From a virus (Duplodnaviria; Caudoviricetes): a stretch of 37,500 bases of DNA. A program made the position numbers and the translations under genes. Within the stretch, counting starts at the first letter, position 1, and every line of letters starts with the position of its first letter. Of the stretch, positions 36,012 to 37,500 are shown one piece after another. The notes under the pieces were generated by a model. The model saw nothing but the letters and a program-made list of their open reading frames with translations, was not told the DNA's origin and made no database searches. The stretch is from positions 1-37,500 of IMG/VR virus record IMGVR_UViG_3300005758_000105; one strand, given 5' to 3'.

Positions 36012-36290
36012 TTACTTTTCTATACATTGACGTTCCCGCACTAGTTTACCATCAACTTCTCGTTCTATCCAAGGTCCGCACTCTAACACTTTTGTTTGAT
36101 TGGGTTGTGGTTCGCGTTTTAGCAATTCATAGGCAACTACACCACCTACCACAGTGGGCACTACCCAAACCCAACCGTGATGTGGATGATAGATACGGTT
36201 GTGTCGGAAGTGATCGTGTGGGTGAAAGTGACGGTGTTGAGCACTGGCACTTGTGGCCAGCAGTGCTAATAGGATTATTAATGCTTTCAT
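36012..36290 (-). CDS. Exported His-rich small protein (92 aa)
   Basis: Signal peptide ending ASA; His-rich tract; hydrophobic GWVWVVPTVVGGVVAY; C-terminal Cys pair; ATGA overlap with terS. Confidence 0.8.
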   Translation of the reverse strand: MKALIILLALLATSASAQHRHFHPHDHFRHNRIYHPHHGWVWVVPTVVGGVVAYELLKREPQPNQTKVLECGPWIEREVDGKLVRERQCIEK

Positions 36291-36763
36291 ATACCTTCTC
36301 CAGTCATTAATCTTTGCACAAGCTGTGCATACTTTGATCCTTCCAAGCCCTCATTGATCTGTACATTTACCTGCTTTTGCGGCCCGGCCACTTGACTGCG
36401 TGCCTTTTCCAACTGAATCTCACGGTCTAGTAAGTCCATACTCATCTTGTGTGACATTTGCAGTAGTTCGGCAATGTCCTTGCTTGACCCAACACCCGAC
36501 TCTTCCAGTTCCTGAAACTTTTGCTTGATCAGTGCGTCCATTGCACGGCGCATAAGAAATCGGTTGTTGTAGCCCATGTCTTTAAACACGTGGTCGATGT
36601 AACTGCGGACTTCGCGGCGGTCTAGGTAGCTTGTTACCAGTTGAGGGTCTATATCTAACTCCTCGGCAACTTTGCGAGTATCTTGAAGTTGTAGATAGGC
36701 ATTGGCAACTTCTAGTGCTTCCGGTGAGATTTTAACTATCTCTGCTGGTAGGTGTGTTGTCAT
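36287..36763 (-). CDS. terS: Terminase small subunit (T5-like)
   Basis: ISPEALEVANAYL HTH; VRSYID; GYNNR; SSKDIAELL; QVNVQIN; GAGGA SD. Confidence 0.88.
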   Translation of the reverse strand: MTTHLPAEIVKISPEALEVANAYLQLQDTRKVAEELDIDPQLVTSYLDRREVRSYIDHVFKDMGYNNRFLMRRAMDALIKQKFQELEESGVGSSKDIAELLQMSHKMSMDLLDREIQLEKARSQVAGPQKQVNVQINEGLEGSKYAQLVQRLMTGEGI

Positions 36764-37010
36764 CTTTGTCCTCTACATACTGATAAAATTTTTGTTCTTG
36801 GTAGGTAAGTGTGTGTTTATGGGTGCGTCGCGGGTTGCCACACACAGGGCATCTAGGATTGCCGCAATCTAGGGCATGGTGCTTATTATAATAATGCTTA
36901 CTTAGCTCCTCTATGCCGTGTAGTTTAGCTATTTTTTGCTGCTGTATTTGTTTGCATTCGCTATAGTGTCTACGTAAACTATGTCTGGTTTTTGCGTCTT
37001 GAGCACTCAT
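36732..37010 (-). CDS. Small basic Cys/His-rich (Zn-ribbon-like) hypothetical protein (92 aa)
   Basis: AGGAG SD before ATG 37010; HHALDCGNPRCPVCGNPR; own promoter. Confidence 0.75.
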   Translation of the reverse strand: MSAQDAKTRHSLRRHYSECKQIQQQKIAKLHGIEELSKHYYNKHHALDCGNPRCPVCGNPRRTHKHTLTYQEQKFYQYVEDKDDNTPTSRDS

Positions 37011-37033
37011 TTTTAACACTCCTGTTTTGTACG

Positions 37034-37062
37034 ATTATATCAGGTTAGGTATTATTTAGCAA
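37034..37062 (-). promoter_or_regulatory. sigma70 promoter for the terminase operon
   Basis: TTGCTA-17 nt-TATAAT, TG extension, upstream AAAATTAGCAC. Confidence 0.85.
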
Positions 37063-37165
37063 GTGCTAATTTTGGCACCTTAATGGTTTGGAAAAAACTC
37101 AGATAGGCCGCGTGTGGGAGGGTCCTGCGAGTATTCAACTTTGAGTAGTCTAATAACCGCCCTAT

Positions 37166-37195
37166 ATTGTACCATATCTATTTTGCCTCTGTCAA
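37166..37195 (-). promoter_or_regulatory. Leftward sigma70-type promoter
   Basis: TTGACA-18 nt-TACAAT with TG extension. Confidence 0.7.
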
Positions 37196-37250
37196 GGGGC
37201 TGGCGATTAATTTTTTCTATTATGTTTGTGTGTACGATAGAAAAATACAA

Positions 37251-37279
37251 TTGGCAATTGTAGATTCCTATGCTATACT
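37251..37279 (+). promoter_or_regulatory. Rightward sigma70-type promoter for the A2-like gene
   Basis: TTGGCA-17 nt-TATACT with TG extension, A-rich UP region. Confidence 0.8.
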
Positions 37280-37309
37280 AGAGGCTCATCGTTAGGAAAG
37301 GAAATCGAC

Positions 37310-37500
37310 ATGACTGCAAAGACTGTAAACTATACCCCTGAGCAAACTGCTAGCATGATCTCTGATTATCAAGCTGGCGTTAGCGTTGAGAAAATCGCTA
37401 TGGATCTTGGAAAGACTGTGCGTAGCGTTGTTGCTAAACTTAGCCGTGAGAAAGTATATCAGGCTAAAGCATATGTTAGCAAGACTGGCGAAAAGCCTAT
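37310..37500 (+). CDS. T5 A2/D5-like HTH DNA-binding protein, truncated at the window edge
   Basis: AGGAAAGGA SD; MTAKTVNYTPEQTASMISDYQAGVSVEKIAMDLGKTVRSVVAKLSREKVYQAKAYVSKTGEKP...; not in the ORF track. Confidence 0.7.
   Translation, partial: MTAKTVNYTPEQTASMISDYQAGVSVEKIAMDLGKTVRSVVAKLSREKVYQAKAYVSKTGEKP

Noticed and set aside
2820-36310. Numerous + strand ORFs in the track (e.g. 2957-3523, 13409-14113, 23823-24446, 31429-32295)
   Set aside because: Antisense shadows of long minus-strand genes; no SD, promoter or recognisable motifs

Overview
A 37.5-kb piece of a lytic, T5-like (Demerecviridae-related) siphophage genome. It covers almost the whole late/virion region, all on the minus strand. 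Reading right to left: small Zn-ribbon ORF, terminase small subunit, His-rich exported protein, terminase large subunit, HNH (SciA-like) nicking endonuclease, portal, a fused prohead protease-scaffold-major capsid ORF, head completion, an enlarged tail completion protein, tail terminator, pb6-like tail tube, tail assembly chaperones joined by a -1 frameshift, and tape measure. The tail tip is not T5-like but lambdoid (gpM-like, DUF1833, NlpC/P60-gpI-gpJ fusion, second J-like fibre, two tip proteins). A separately promoted fibre operon follows and ends in a >1692-aa multi-repeat adhesin that runs off the left edge and is missing from the ORF track. At the right edge a divergent promoter drives a T5 A2-like DNA-binding gene, suggesting the late/pre-early (terminal repeat) boundary. 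Five minus-strand sigma70-type promoters (three perfect consensus), one plus-strand promoter and four intrinsic terminators are visible. Most notable: a nested internal capsid start sharing an identical 15-nt initiation element with the tail tube gene, a T5/lambda chimeric tail lacking p140, mutually exclusive terminator/anti-SD hairpins after the capsid gene, and a structured leader with twin GAAGCC-loop hairpins. No tRNA, rRNA, CRISPR, integrase, transposase or endolysin seen. All family assignments come from motif recognition, not database searches.
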